This document shows positions 1 through 9,319 of a stretch of DNA of 64,000 bases, one piece after another; the first letter of the stretch is position 1; each line of letters begins with the position of its first letter. The DNA comes from a virus. The stretch lies in the IMG/VR virus record IMGVR_UViG_3300047472_000102, positions 11,371 to 75,370 of that record; one strand, written 5' to 3'. The notes beneath the pieces were generated by a model. The model was not told where the DNA came from. It did no database searches and worked only from the letters and a program-made list of their open reading frames with translations. The position numbers and the translations under genes were made by a program.

Positions 1-20
1 TTTGCCTGAAAATAAGCCCA

Positions 21-854
21 TTAGCTGAGATCGTTATTAGCCTGAATATGTCCGAGGACAATTTGCAGATTATCATTGGTAAAGCTAGTAGGTGGAACAA
101 GACCTTCATCAATGGTCTTCATAACCGTCCAAGCATCCGTATAGAGCTTAGCAGCCTTTACTTCTGCATCACGCTGATAAGACGTGATCTGCTGGTCATA
201 TAGGTCTTTCTGCTTGCCTACAGAGCCTTCTACAGTCGAACCATCAGTACGAGTATCCAAGGTCTGTGCACGAGCAGCTTCACCCTGTTCGGAGATAAGA
301 ATACCCTGCTTCACAGCATTATCATAGGTAACAGATTCCTCTGCCAGTTTGATCTTGCTAGTAGCGTATTCGACTTCTGCCTGCCAAGCTTGGCTCTTTG
401 CCACAGCGAGGCCCGCCAGAGCGGTTTTGAGACCAACACGAGCAGTTACAAGGTCTACTGCTGCTTTCTGTGCTTGAGCCTGTACAAGGGCAGATTGCCA
501 AAATGCCTGATCCCTTTGCAGAAGAAATTGAATACCACCAGACATAGCTGTCTGAGTCATGCCAATATAGGCAGTGGTATAGTCATTGCCTGTAATTCGA
601 CCCTTGTCGAATTGGTCTGCAAGATGAGCATTTAGGGCAGTCATAATGACATCGAAAGTGCCATTACCATTAATAATCTTCTGAGTGAGATCAGCATTGG
701 TCAACTTAACAAGTGGACCATAGAGATCACCAGTATCATCTGGTAACTCAAAAGATGGATCATCTAAATCGATATCTGGAAATGAGAAATCCTTCCCCTC
801 AGTCAAGAGAGGAAGGAGTTCGTTTGCCAGATCAGCTGCTGGGCTGTCAGACAT
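21..854 (-). CDS. N4 gp54-like virion structural protein
   Basis: 277 aa, two genes downstream of the major capsid gene, matching N4 gp54-55-56 synteny; motifs GxFDVIM and GRITGNDY typical of this family. Confidence 0.75.
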   Translation of the reverse strand: MSDSPAADLANELLPLLTEGKDFSFPDIDLDDPSFELPDDTGDLYGPLVKLTNADLTQKIINGNGTFDVIMTALNAHLADQFDKGRITGNDYTTAYIGMTQTAMSGGIQFLLQRDQAFWQSALVQAQAQKAAVDLVTARVGLKTALAGLAVAKSQAWQAEVEYATSKIKLAEESVTYDNAVKQGILISEQGEAARAQTLDTRTDGSTVEGSVGKQKDLYDQQITSYQRDAEVKAAKLYTDAWTVMKTIDEGLVPPTSFTNDNLQIVLGHIQANNDLS

Positions 855-865
855 GATTACTCCTG

Positions 866-1591
866 TTAATCAATGGAGCCAGCTGCAAGCTGTGCAGTAG
901 CTAACTTTCTAATTTCAGCAGGCGTCAGAGGATCGAGTACTTCAAGAGCAAACTTGCGGACCTCGTTCATTTCCACATGTTCCTTACCACCTTTCTTGGT
1001 GGTTCGAATCTGAAGAAACTTCTGACCCTTCATGAACTTATAGATACAATACGGAACATGATAGCCATTTTCCGTAGCTTCACCAAATGGGACATACTTG
1101 GAAACAGTACCAAGGAACTCATTAGCTACAGTAAAGATGCCACCAGGAAGGTCTTTATCCTTTGGATCCATATTGGTGATACGAAGCCGTACAAGCTTCA
1201 TATGCTCTTCCTTGAGCCTATGACGAATAGACTGAGCAGCAGAATGCTTCTTCGCTTGAACCATAGGAATAACAACCTTTTGCTCCGGTTCAGCTTCACC
1301 ATCGAGCTTTGCCTTGATAGCTGCACGAATCTCTGCAACATCCTTGTCTTCAGTATTAATACCCATAATCTTAGCACGGGCTTGAAGCATGGAGAGTTCC
1401 GTTACCTGTTCAGGTTCAGGAGCTTCTTCCTCTTCCTCTGGTTCCTGTGCAGCAAGCTTTTCAGCTTCAGTCAGCTCTTCAGAGTCATCTTCAATATTAA
1501 CAGAGGTATCCGAAGGATTTTCTTCATCCTTGGTTCCAGTAGTTCCGAGAGAGGCAAATAGGTTGTTGGTAGATACAGGCGTCTTGGCCAT
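866..1591 (-). CDS. N4 gp55-like conserved protein
   Basis: Acidic N-terminus plus KLVRLRITNMDPKDKDLPGGIFTVAN...KYVPF core; immediately downstream of the capsid gene. Confidence 0.75.
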   Translation of the reverse strand: MAKTPVSTNNLFASLGTTGTKDEENPSDTSVNIEDDSEELTEAEKLAAQEPEEEEEAPEPEQVTELSMLQARAKIMGINTEDKDVAEIRAAIKAKLDGEAEPEQKVVIPMVQAKKHSAAQSIRHRLKEEHMKLVRLRITNMDPKDKDLPGGIFTVANEFLGTVSKYVPFGEATENGYHVPYCIYKFMKGQKFLQIRTTKKGGKEHVEMNEVRKFALEVLDPLTPAEIRKLATAQLAAGSID

Positions 1592-1624
1592 TTTTATATA
1601 GTCCTTTGATTAATGCATATAATG

Positions 1625-1649
1625 AAAGGGGGAGCTTGGTAGCTCCCCC
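1625..1649 (-). terminator. Intrinsic terminator after major capsid gene
   Basis: GGGGGAGCT-TGGT-AGCTCCCCC 9-bp hairpin with a short T run on the minus strand. Confidence 0.65.
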
Positions 1650-1658
1650 AGTTAATCA

Positions 1659-2867
1659 TCAGATTGGAGCAACAGTCTTGATAACTGCGAGACGCTCTGC
1701 TCGCTTGATCAGGATACCGTAGTACCACTTGATCGAGGAGAAGCCCGTTTCACCATAAGGATCATTACGGTCAGCAGTATCGTTACCCGGCATCTTGGTC
1801 AGAACCGAGAACTTCAAAGTCTTACCATCAGTCTGGAAGCCAATGGTAGAGAACGAATCAGCACCAACCACGAGGATTGGGAAGATATCGTAGTGGTCAG
1901 TACCACCTACTACCGTAGACTGATAACCAGGGTTATCGGTAACAGCAGCACCTGCACCTGCCCAATGCAGCATTTCCGGTACTTCGATGAAGCGGAACGG
2001 ACCAACCGAACCAATTTCACCGTTAAGGATCGTACCAGCATCAGCATAGTGCTGAATGGCGATAAAGGCAGGATTACCAAAGAGATCGGTCATGCCACGG
2101 ATAACGATCGAGAGATCGGAACCAATGTAAGCAATACGACCACCCTGAACAACCTTGGTATCGATAAGACGAGAACCAGTGATAACACGGGTCTGCTTAG
2201 GGGTACGGTTGTCGTTCAGGATTTTATCCAGACGCATCAGGTTCTTGTAGGTGACGATAGAAGCAGGAACATCACCAGCTACTTCACCCGTAACATCGTC
2301 GTCTTCAACGGCAGCACCAGCATAAAGCACAGTACCAGCAGAGTTGAGAAGATCGATCTGAAGGGCTGCTTCAGTCAGCTGTACAGCACCATTCATAAGT
2401 TCGGTGGACAGATGCTTCATCAGACCATCGTCAGAATCGAAGTCCAGAGACTCTTGCGTAAATTCTGTGAAGAAACCGAACTTGGCAATAGAGCCTTCAC
2501 GCATCAGACGAGTGAAACCGACACGGTTAACACGACCACCATTTTCCGTCAGAGCAGGAAGCTTGCCGGTAATAGTACCCACGTCACGGCTCGAACCATA
2601 GAGATTACCATTAGCAATGGTAACGCCATTAGCATCAATACCCTGATCGTTGATGTTACGATCATCCAAAAGTGGTACGTACTCATAGACCTTGATGGTC
2701 TTGCCATAGTGCTTAGGCATATTAACAGCCGTAGCAAGAGGCATGAAATACTGTTCCTTACGGGCAGTGATGATAGCTGCCTTCAGGTACAGGTAAGTAT
2801 TCATTTGCGAAGAGCCATCACCGTCAATAGACGAAGCAACAGCGTTCGGAGCATTATAGTTCAACAT
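1659..2867 (-). CDS. Major capsid protein (N4 gp56 family)
   Basis: 402 aa; [43 protein letters not shown] and [16 protein letters not shown] are hallmark N4 capsid motifs. Confidence 0.97.
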   Translation of the reverse strand: MLNYNAPNAVASSIDGDGSSQMNTYLYLKAAIITARKEQYFMPLATAVNMPKHYGKTIKVYEYVPLLDDRNINDQGIDANGVTIANGNLYGSSRDVGTITGKLPALTENGGRVNRVGFTRLMREGSIAKFGFFTEFTQESLDFDSDDGLMKHLSTELMNGAVQLTEAALQIDLLNSAGTVLYAGAAVEDDDVTGEVAGDVPASIVTYKNLMRLDKILNDNRTPKQTRVITGSRLIDTKVVQGGRIAYIGSDLSIVIRGMTDLFGNPAFIAIQHYADAGTILNGEIGSVGPFRFIEVPEMLHWAGAGAAVTDNPGYQSTVVGGTDHYDIFPILVVGADSFSTIGFQTDGKTLKFSVLTKMPGNDTADRNDPYGETGFSSIKWYYGILIKRAERLAVIKTVAPI

Positions 2868-2899
2868 GGCTTAAATGGTCTCCATATTAGTGGGTATAA

Positions 2900-4129
2900 T
2901 TACCCAACAAAATTGCCATACTGTTTAGCGAAATCCTCGTCAGACATAGCCAGTGGATTAATCACTGGGGCAGTCTTCTTAGGCGTTGTTTTCGTTGCAG
3001 CAGCAGCTTTTGCTTTGTCGTTGTTGGAGACAACTGGCTTAGGAGCAGCAACCTTAGTATCGATAATCTGGGGTTCCTGTTTAACAGGGACTTGCCGAGT
3101 TTTCTCAATAAGGTCTGCAAAGCCATTGGTGCTCTGAATATGATCACCGACTTGCTTATATGCCTGCAAAAATGGGGTGCTATGAGGAAGATTACCCAAT
3201 GCCTTCTGACGGTCCATTTCGGAAACAATACGGTCATAGACGCCCGATTGCTTCTGTTGATGGATGACGTCCAAAAGATTTGGATCATTCATCAAAGCAC
3301 CATGACTAGGTGCATCCCAGTTATTGGCCATTTCGTTAAGAAGTTCTGGACCACCATCACGATGTTTAAGGTTATCCAGAGCCTCCTGAAACACGACTTG
3401 TTGGTCAGTTACTGGAGTAATATTTGTGTGGTAATTTACTTGCTCTTCACTTTGAAAGTCAAGAGGGTCAATTCCACTGTCTTTTACAAGCTTCTTAATA
3501 GCATCTGGGTTTTTATTCTTAAGGTCTATAAGAAATGCTAGTTCTGCTTGATCTGCATTCAGCAGATTATTCTGTTCCATGAATCGGAGAGTCTTTAGAT
3601 GAGGCTGAATATCCTGCATCTTGCGGCCAAAACCCGCACCCATTTGCATAAGACGAAGAACGTCTTCTGGTCCCTTGATTTCAATGGTTTTTCCATTGGC
3701 TTTCAGGGGAGCAGTGATTTGCTCGTAAAGTGCCTTATAATCTGGCTCCTTAGGAGTCTCTTCTGCATCGGTTTTCTCTTTACCGGATGCATCGTTATCA
3801 ATGAGTGCATCCTTGGATTTATCTCCAGTATCACCTTCTTTTTTCCCAGCTTCCTCAGCAGCCTTAATGACTTCATCATCAGGCTTTTCTTCGGATTTCT
3901 TGCTGGCTTCTGGATGGGAAGAATCTACGGACTTTTCATCGATGACCTCAGATTTCGTATCGCCTTCATTAGGCGTTACAACCACCTCGGCTGGCGTTTC
4001 TTCCTGCTTAACCTGTGATTCTTCAACTACTTGGGCTTCCTCTTTGGGAAGCCCTGTAGCTGCTTCAGGTAGAGCAAGAAACTCCTCATCGGACATTTCA
4101 AGGTAATTTTTCTTGTTCTCGCCTGTCAT
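2900..4129 (-). CDS. N4 gp57-like protein (often annotated tape measure; possibly scaffold)
   Basis: Acidic disordered N-terminus, KANGK...LMQMGA core, MSDEEF/MSDEDF motif at both ends; lies between capsid and portal genes. Confidence 0.85.
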   Translation of the reverse strand: MTGENKKNYLEMSDEEFLALPEAATGLPKEEAQVVEESQVKQEETPAEVVVTPNEGDTKSEVIDEKSVDSSHPEASKKSEEKPDDEVIKAAEEAGKKEGDTGDKSKDALIDNDASGKEKTDAEETPKEPDYKALYEQITAPLKANGKTIEIKGPEDVLRLMQMGAGFGRKMQDIQPHLKTLRFMEQNNLLNADQAELAFLIDLKNKNPDAIKKLVKDSGIDPLDFQSEEQVNYHTNITPVTDQQVVFQEALDNLKHRDGGPELLNEMANNWDAPSHGALMNDPNLLDVIHQQKQSGVYDRIVSEMDRQKALGNLPHSTPFLQAYKQVGDHIQSTNGFADLIEKTRQVPVKQEPQIIDTKVAAPKPVVSNNDKAKAAAATKTTPKKTAPVINPLAMSDEDFAKQYGNFVG

Positions 4130-4135
4130 GATGGA

Positions 4136-4501
4136 TTAGTCCTCTTCACCAGTTTCGCCATTGGCAATAGCAATACGGAGTTCTTCCACAGTGCTATCCA
4201 TTTCACCAAGACGATCCCGGAGCGTATCAGCAACCGTCTGAGTGACTTGTAGCCACTGCTTCAGGTGGCCTGTGGCCTGAGCCATAGAGAGAGAATCCTT
4301 ACGCTGAGATTCATTCAGTGCAGGTGATACTGACTGTTGAACCAAGCGAGCAGCTTCCTGAACGATATACTCTTCCATAATTACTGCACGGAAGTCTGGA
4401 TTTTCCAGAAGACGAGTAACTCGTTCTGCAAATGCAATACGCTTCTTGGAAGCATCAATATCTCTTTCAAGTGCTTCCAGTTCTAATTCATATGGAGTCA
4501 T
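4136..4501 (-). CDS. N4 gp58-like protein
   Basis: 121 aa helical protein (RLLENPDFRAVIMEEY) between gp57 and portal. Confidence 0.7.
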   Translation of the reverse strand: MTPYELELEALERDIDASKKRIAFAERVTRLLENPDFRAVIMEEYIVQEAARLVQQSVSPALNESQRKDSLSMAQATGHLKQWLQVTQTVADTLRDRLGEMDSTVEELRIAIANGETGEED

Positions 4502-4570
4502 TAGGGGTTACTTCCTTTTGTTACTTTTAATTATTGGCAATACTTAACTTTAGTAACCAAACCCGTCAAC

Positions 4571-6823
4571 CTAGAAATTTTGCTGACGGGTAAAGGCACT
4601 AGCTGGCAAAGGTGCAGCAGGACGATTATTAGCACTATTCAGTTGTTTACTGATTGCATTATATCCTACAGCACCTTCAACATCTGGCTTGGACTCTTGT
4701 CCATTGGCTTGCTTACGAGGTTTGAGAAGAGCCTTGGTAACTTCCAGATGCTGATTTGCTTCAGCCTGACCACCCATGAGTTCCATATCTCTGGCGTGCT
4801 TGGTTCCAGTCTCTTGTTCGACTGTATCCAGGTTATTCTGGTCAGCTTGTGTGCGGCTCTCAGCCGCCTTGGCAATATTAAGAGCTTGTTTGGTTTGAAG
4901 CTCTTTGATCTGTTCCTGAACCATCTGAACCTGTAGCTGCTTAAGTGCTTGATCCAATGGATCAGGCTGAGGCTGGAAGTTCTTAAGGGTATGAGCCAAA
5001 TCAGGCATACGCATAAGCTTAGCAATCTGAACCAAGATTATCTGTACTAATTCCCAACCTGCATTAGGTCCAATAGTCTGAAGCATGAATGCAAGGTCTT
5101 GGCTCTTTTTGTTATCTACTTCAGCAGTAGAGATATCAACAATCAGGTCAAAATTACCTGCAAGATCTTCACGGTTAACTGTGACGAATTCTTCATTAGT
5201 GACTCTAACCACTTCCTGTTCAGACAGAAATGCACCATTCATGGCGATGATCTTGTCACCGATTTTCTTCACACCATTAGCCAGACGACGAAGAATACCC
5301 ATTTCACGCTTGCTAGTGGCATCGAGAACACCTCGGATACCTGCTGCTACGTCACCATAGGCTTCACCAGAGACACCACCTGAGAAGGCTTTAACGCCTG
5401 AAAGGGACTCTGCATCATTGTTCATAGCCTGAACCATGAGCATAGAAGTCTGAGGAATTTCAGGGAATTTATGTTCCACTAATCCAATCTGAGGATTGGT
5501 TGTTGGATTGAATTCATAGTCCAATCCCTGGTCAAACTTCCTACGATTCACCGCATCAAGCATCCCCTTGGCAATGCCCTGTTGGGCATTTGCAGATCGA
5601 CCAAGCAAGTCGATCATACCACGGGTAATAGCACCAATAACTTGTTGATTATCACTGATAATCGCTGCATCTGGTTCACCAAAGAGGTCTCTCTTCTCTG
5701 GCATATAGTTTTCGATTATAAATGGTAATTTACCGTCAGGGAATGGATTCTCTTCCATTCGAACAATAGTGTCATTAACCCATGTAGCAACAATGGGGAC
5801 AAGCTCACCTGTGCCATGGATATCTGAGAAACCCCAATACTCATAAGCAACTACACGCTTACGAAGGATATCAGAGAAATTGAAGTCATTGGGAGTCTTG
5901 GTGGCATGATCAGGATTGGTAATAGGAGCAGCTGCTTCCCAGTTAACATTATCCAAATTCTTGTATCTATCTGGCTCCTTCAACATGTCAGCTTTGCTGG
6001 TCTCAAATGAGATCACAACAAAGTTGGCCTTATCCAGATCACCTTCACAAGATGGGTCTGGATAGAAGTTATCAGGATGAATCATGGAAACCGTAGGACG
6101 GTTATCCAGTACCTTTTCAACAGGAACCTGTTGAGTACCAGTCTGAACTGCAATGACTACCTGCTGATTCTGTTCATAGTAATTAACAGATTCCTTTACA
6201 TCATCAGGTACATTCTTTTCATAGTCAGCTGGAGACTGATGCTTAGCTTGTAAGGCATCCTGGATCATTTTAACCTGATCCGCATCCTGTGGAGCCATAT
6301 AGGCCCATACAGGAGCATCCTGCATCTCGATCTTAGTGTAACGACACCAGCCAAGACGAACGATTACAGAGCCTTCATCGACAGCTGTACGTATATAATC
6401 ATCAATAAACTTGACTCGTGGAATCTTGGTACGCCACTGCCAATTAAGGACTAATTCGTTTTGTTCAGCAGCATCACGATCTTCCCACGTAGCAGGAGAT
6501 ACCTGAAAGAGCTTATCCGAACCAAGGAAAGGCTCTGAGAGAGCCGCATAACGCCATTCAGCTTGTCTACGAACAAGTTTAGGAGTTACTTGAGAACGTC
6601 CTTTGACAGACTTAGCTTTATATTTTCCACGTACATTACGAGCATCATTCCAGTCTTGTACTCGAATGGATCGTAAATCATGGGCAGGCTTGGCAGCTGC
6701 AAGGTCTTCCTTTAGAGACTGAACTGTAGGCTCATTCTCCCAATCTGTAAGCTTGCTGGTTCCATCAACCTGCTTAGCTCGCTGTTCGTCTAGGTCAAAT
6801 TGATCATCAGCAACTTCAGCCAT
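4571..6823 (-). CDS. Portal protein (N4 gp59 family)
   Basis: KLTDWENEPT, GRSQVTPKLVRRQAEWRYAALSEPFL and VKAFSGG motifs; start placed at ATG 6823 behind a GAGG RBS. Confidence 0.95.
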   Translation of the reverse strand: MAEVADDQFDLDEQRAKQVDGTSKLTDWENEPTVQSLKEDLAAAKPAHDLRSIRVQDWNDARNVRGKYKAKSVKGRSQVTPKLVRRQAEWRYAALSEPFLGSDKLFQVSPATWEDRDAAEQNELVLNWQWRTKIPRVKFIDDYIRTAVDEGSVIVRLGWCRYTKIEMQDAPVWAYMAPQDADQVKMIQDALQAKHQSPADYEKNVPDDVKESVNYYEQNQQVVIAVQTGTQQVPVEKVLDNRPTVSMIHPDNFYPDPSCEGDLDKANFVVISFETSKADMLKEPDRYKNLDNVNWEAAAPITNPDHATKTPNDFNFSDILRKRVVAYEYWGFSDIHGTGELVPIVATWVNDTIVRMEENPFPDGKLPFIIENYMPEKRDLFGEPDAAIISDNQQVIGAITRGMIDLLGRSANAQQGIAKGMLDAVNRRKFDQGLDYEFNPTTNPQIGLVEHKFPEIPQTSMLMVQAMNNDAESLSGVKAFSGGVSGEAYGDVAAGIRGVLDATSKREMGILRRLANGVKKIGDKIIAMNGAFLSEQEVVRVTNEEFVTVNREDLAGNFDLIVDISTAEVDNKKSQDLAFMLQTIGPNAGWELVQIILVQIAKLMRMPDLAHTLKNFQPQPDPLDQALKQLQVQMVQEQIKELQTKQALNIAKAAESRTQADQNNLDTVEQETGTKHARDMELMGGQAEANQHLEVTKALLKPRKQANGQESKPDVEGAVGYNAISKQLNSANNRPAAPLPASAFTRQQNF

Positions 6824-6876
6824 TATGGTCCTCAATAGGGTTTTTTGAGTAATTTACTCTCAATAAAGGAAATACA

Positions 6877-7716
6877 ATGAACCAGACAGATAAACAATAC
6901 CTCGAAGTTCTGGAAGAGCTTCTTGGCTCAGAAGAACATGTAGAAGGCCGTAATGGTGGAGTTACTACACTCTTCGGCAAGCAACTTGTATTTGAGGATG
7001 TTGGAACTTCATTTCCACTTCTTACCACGAAGAAGGTTCACTTCAAATCTATCCTTGTTGAACTTCTATGGTTCATTAAAGGCATGACCAACATCGATTA
7101 TCTTCATAAATATGATGTGACGATCTGGGATGAATGGGCAGATGAGAATAGTGAGCTTGGTCCAGTCTACGGCAAACAGTGGCGCAAGTGGAAGACCTTC
7201 GCTGGGATTGAAATGGGCAATAAGCCTTATTTTCAATACATCGACCAAATTCAGAATGTAATAAAATCACTTAAAGAACAGCCATATGGTCGCCGTCATA
7301 TTGTCTCGGCATGGAACCCAGCTGAAGTAGATCAGATGGCACTTCCTCCTTGCCATGTACTATTCCAATTTCATGTACGCAAAACAGGTGAACTGGATGT
7401 TCAACTTTATCAGAGGTCTGCTGATTGGTTCCTTGGTGTGCCTTTCAATATTGCTTCCTATGCTCTGCTACTCATATTGGTGGCTAGGGAGGTTGGAAGA
7501 GTCCCTGGTAAGCTGGTGCATACTTTTGGTAACTATCATCTATATGATAATCACCGGGAACAGGCTGTAGAGCAACTGGATCGCTATCCTTATGGATTAC
7601 CAAGAGTAATCATTAATGCTGAACCAGAGAAGAGCATCTTCGATCTTGAACCTGAAGATATCGAATTGATTGGATACCGTTCTTGGGCTGGTATTAAGGC
7701 TCAAGTATCAAAATGA
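6877..7716 (+). CDS. thyA: Thymidylate synthase
   Basis: FPLLTTKK, ELLWF, IWDEWA, LGPVYGKQWR, catalytic LPPCH, YQRSADWFLGVPFNIASY. Confidence 0.97.
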   Translation: MNQTDKQYLEVLEELLGSEEHVEGRNGGVTTLFGKQLVFEDVGTSFPLLTTKKVHFKSILVELLWFIKGMTNIDYLHKYDVTIWDEWADENSELGPVYGKQWRKWKTFAGIEMGNKPYFQYIDQIQNVIKSLKEQPYGRRHIVSAWNPAEVDQMALPPCHVLFQFHVRKTGELDVQLYQRSADWFLGVPFNIASYALLLILVAREVGRVPGKLVHTFGNYHLYDNHREQAVEQLDRYPYGLPRVIINAEPEKSIFDLEPEDIELIGYRSWAGIKAQVSK

Positions 7717-7718
7717 TT

Positions 7719-7739
7719 AGAGGGGCTATTAGCCCCTCT
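7719..7739. terminator. Hairpin between convergent thyA and o-spanin
   Basis: AGAGGGGCT-ATT-AGCCCCTCT between the two stop codons. Confidence 0.6.
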
Positions 7740-7942
7740 TACCAACACCCATAATTCTTACCGTCTGTCTGAACTTGTCCGAACCAAGTAAGAAAAGGCT
7801 TATCCTTGAAAATAGCAGTCTTTGTAGGACTAGCCATTTCAGGAGGTTTACGGAGTACGTTACATGCACTCCCCTTTGTTTGACAGCTTGCCATGGAGAA
7901 CATCACGGCAAAACTGAAGATCATTGAAGCTATTAACTTCAT
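7739..7942 (-). CDS. o-spanin (Rz1-like lipoprotein)
   Basis: Signal peptide with lipobox SMASC, extra Cys residues, overlaps the 3' end of the i-spanin, downstream of the endolysin. Confidence 0.75.
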   Translation of the reverse strand: MKLIASMIFSFAVMFSMASCQTKGSACNVLRKPPEMASPTKTAIFKDKPFLTWFGQVQTDGKNYGCW

Positions 7943-8126
7943 TGGTAGTTTTCTCCTTCTGGATCAACTGTTTCTGATCTTGAGCATCCTGCTCGACATG
8001 AACAGTATGACGACCATAGAAGAAGGTACCCCCAAGAATGAGGGCACCAATGATTATACCTCCTAATGCTACCCAGAGAGTCTTATTCTCCGGGAGCAAT
8101 GAGGTCAGTAGAGACAGCGGGAACAT
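7860..8126 (-). CDS. i-spanin (Rz-like)
   Basis: N-terminal TM (WVALGGIIIGALILGGTFFYG) plus short periplasmic domain with C-terminal Cys; ATG 8126 behind GAGG. Confidence 0.7.
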   Translation of the reverse strand: MFPLSLLTSLLPENKTLWVALGGIIIGALILGGTFFYGRHTVHVEQDAQDQKQLIQKEKTTNEVNSFNDLQFCRDVLHGKLSNKGECM

Positions 8127-9231
8127 AGGTATCCTCACTCTTGGTTCCGTAATGAGTCTTCTTCGACTTCCAGTAGCCATAACCAGCATAGGCTACACCA
8201 CCGATAATACCCAGTAATGCCAAGGCACCTAAGCCATACTGGGCATAGGTAACGACATCACTGAACATCGAGTAAGGTCCAAGCTGGTCCACGACGCTCT
8301 GTAGAGGCTTCTTAACGGTCTCCAGAGCGACAGGAACACTTACAGCAGTAGTCAGACCCTGCTTGACCTCAGAAACGTTCATAAGAGGCTGTATGGTTGT
8401 TTCTGTGGGGTTTACTTCACGTACACCCGCCAGTGCCTGCTGAGTCTCTGGACCAACCACGCCATCAACAGTAATGCCATTACGCTGCTGGAAGGCACGT
8501 ACGGCCTGCTGAGTAGTCTTACCGAAGTCACCATCCACATTAATGGTAAAGCCAGCAGTGTTCAGAAGCTTCTGGATATCCCTTACAGCTGCACCCTTTG
8601 AACCAATACGAAGAGAATTAGCTCTCGTTGGATCAATAGAGGTTGTACCACCATTTTCCACATAAGCCTTTGCAAGCTTATTGGCATAGTCGTTCTTGAT
8701 GTAGTTAGGCCCATTATAGCCACGAGCAAAACCAGACCAATCCAGGTTACGAAGCTCATCATCCAAGCCAAATAGCTTGATAAATTTGGTCATTAGTCGA
8801 ACCTGACCAATAAGACCCATTCGAGCATCATTAACGAGGTCCATTACTGAAGCATATCCAAGCTTCTTGTAATGAGCACCCATGACCTGTCCTACACCAT
8901 AGGAACAAGCCTGATAGGCAGCATCCTTGTCGTACTGGGCAGCTTTGCGAACCAAAGCCCAAACATCTACTTGATCGCTAGGATTTTTAACTTTTCCGGC
9001 GATTGGACTAGATACACCAGCTTTACGGGCTGCGTCCCGTACGGATGGATTACACAACTTGTCAAAATAATGGCCTTCATAGCGAATCAGTGGCTCCAGC
9101 TTACCAGCAATAATCTTGCCGGGAACACCATTAGATTCTGTTTCGATTACTGCAAGTAAAGTAGGAAGCTGTACTTGAATGGAATCAGATAGGGTTTGAA
9201 TCTGTTGTTTATCTTGGTCAGAGAATTTCAT
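8083..9231 (-). CDS. Endolysin: N-acetylmuramidase (DUF3380-type) + peptidoglycan-binding domain + C-terminal TM
   Basis: AVIETES, IRYEGHYF, SYGVGQVMGAHY and FARGYNGPNY catalytic motifs; LRIGSKG...VDGDFG...VDGVVGPET binding repeat; hydrophobic YGLGALALLGIIGGVAYAGYGYW. Confidence 0.92.
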   Translation of the reverse strand: MKFSDQDKQQIQTLSDSIQVQLPTLLAVIETESNGVPGKIIAGKLEPLIRYEGHYFDKLCNPSVRDAARKAGVSSPIAGKVKNPSDQVDVWALVRKAAQYDKDAAYQACSYGVGQVMGAHYKKLGYASVMDLVNDARMGLIGQVRLMTKFIKLFGLDDELRNLDWSGFARGYNGPNYIKNDYANKLAKAYVENGGTTSIDPTRANSLRIGSKGAAVRDIQKLLNTAGFTINVDGDFGKTTQQAVRAFQQRNGITVDGVVGPETQQALAGVREVNPTETTIQPLMNVSEVKQGLTTAVSVPVALETVKKPLQSVVDQLGPYSMFSDVVTYAQYGLGALALLGIIGGVAYAGYGYWKSKKTHYGTKSEDTYVPAVSTDLIAPGE

Positions 9232-9249
9232 GAGTATTAATACTCCAAA

Positions 9250-9276
9250 TAAAAATGGGGGCTAATTGCCCCCATT
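9250..9276 (-). terminator. Intrinsic terminator after tailspike 2
   Basis: AATGGGGGC-TAATT-GCCCCCATT hairpin with T run on the minus strand. Confidence 0.65.
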
Positions 9277-9319
9277 ACTTACCATACCCATATAGCTTAG
9301 CAAGACTAAGCTGCCTGGG

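Noticed and set aside
1893-3137. Long antisense ORFs (414 aa here; also 9635..10393 and 60170..61225)
   Set aside because: Shadow frames of strongly codon-biased genes on the opposite strand; no RBS or domain signal
6877-7716. ThyA as a base-modification enzyme (dCMP hydroxymethylase-like)
   Set aside because: It keeps the dUMP-specifying Asn (GVPFN) and canonical ThyA motifs; no modification gene cluster seen
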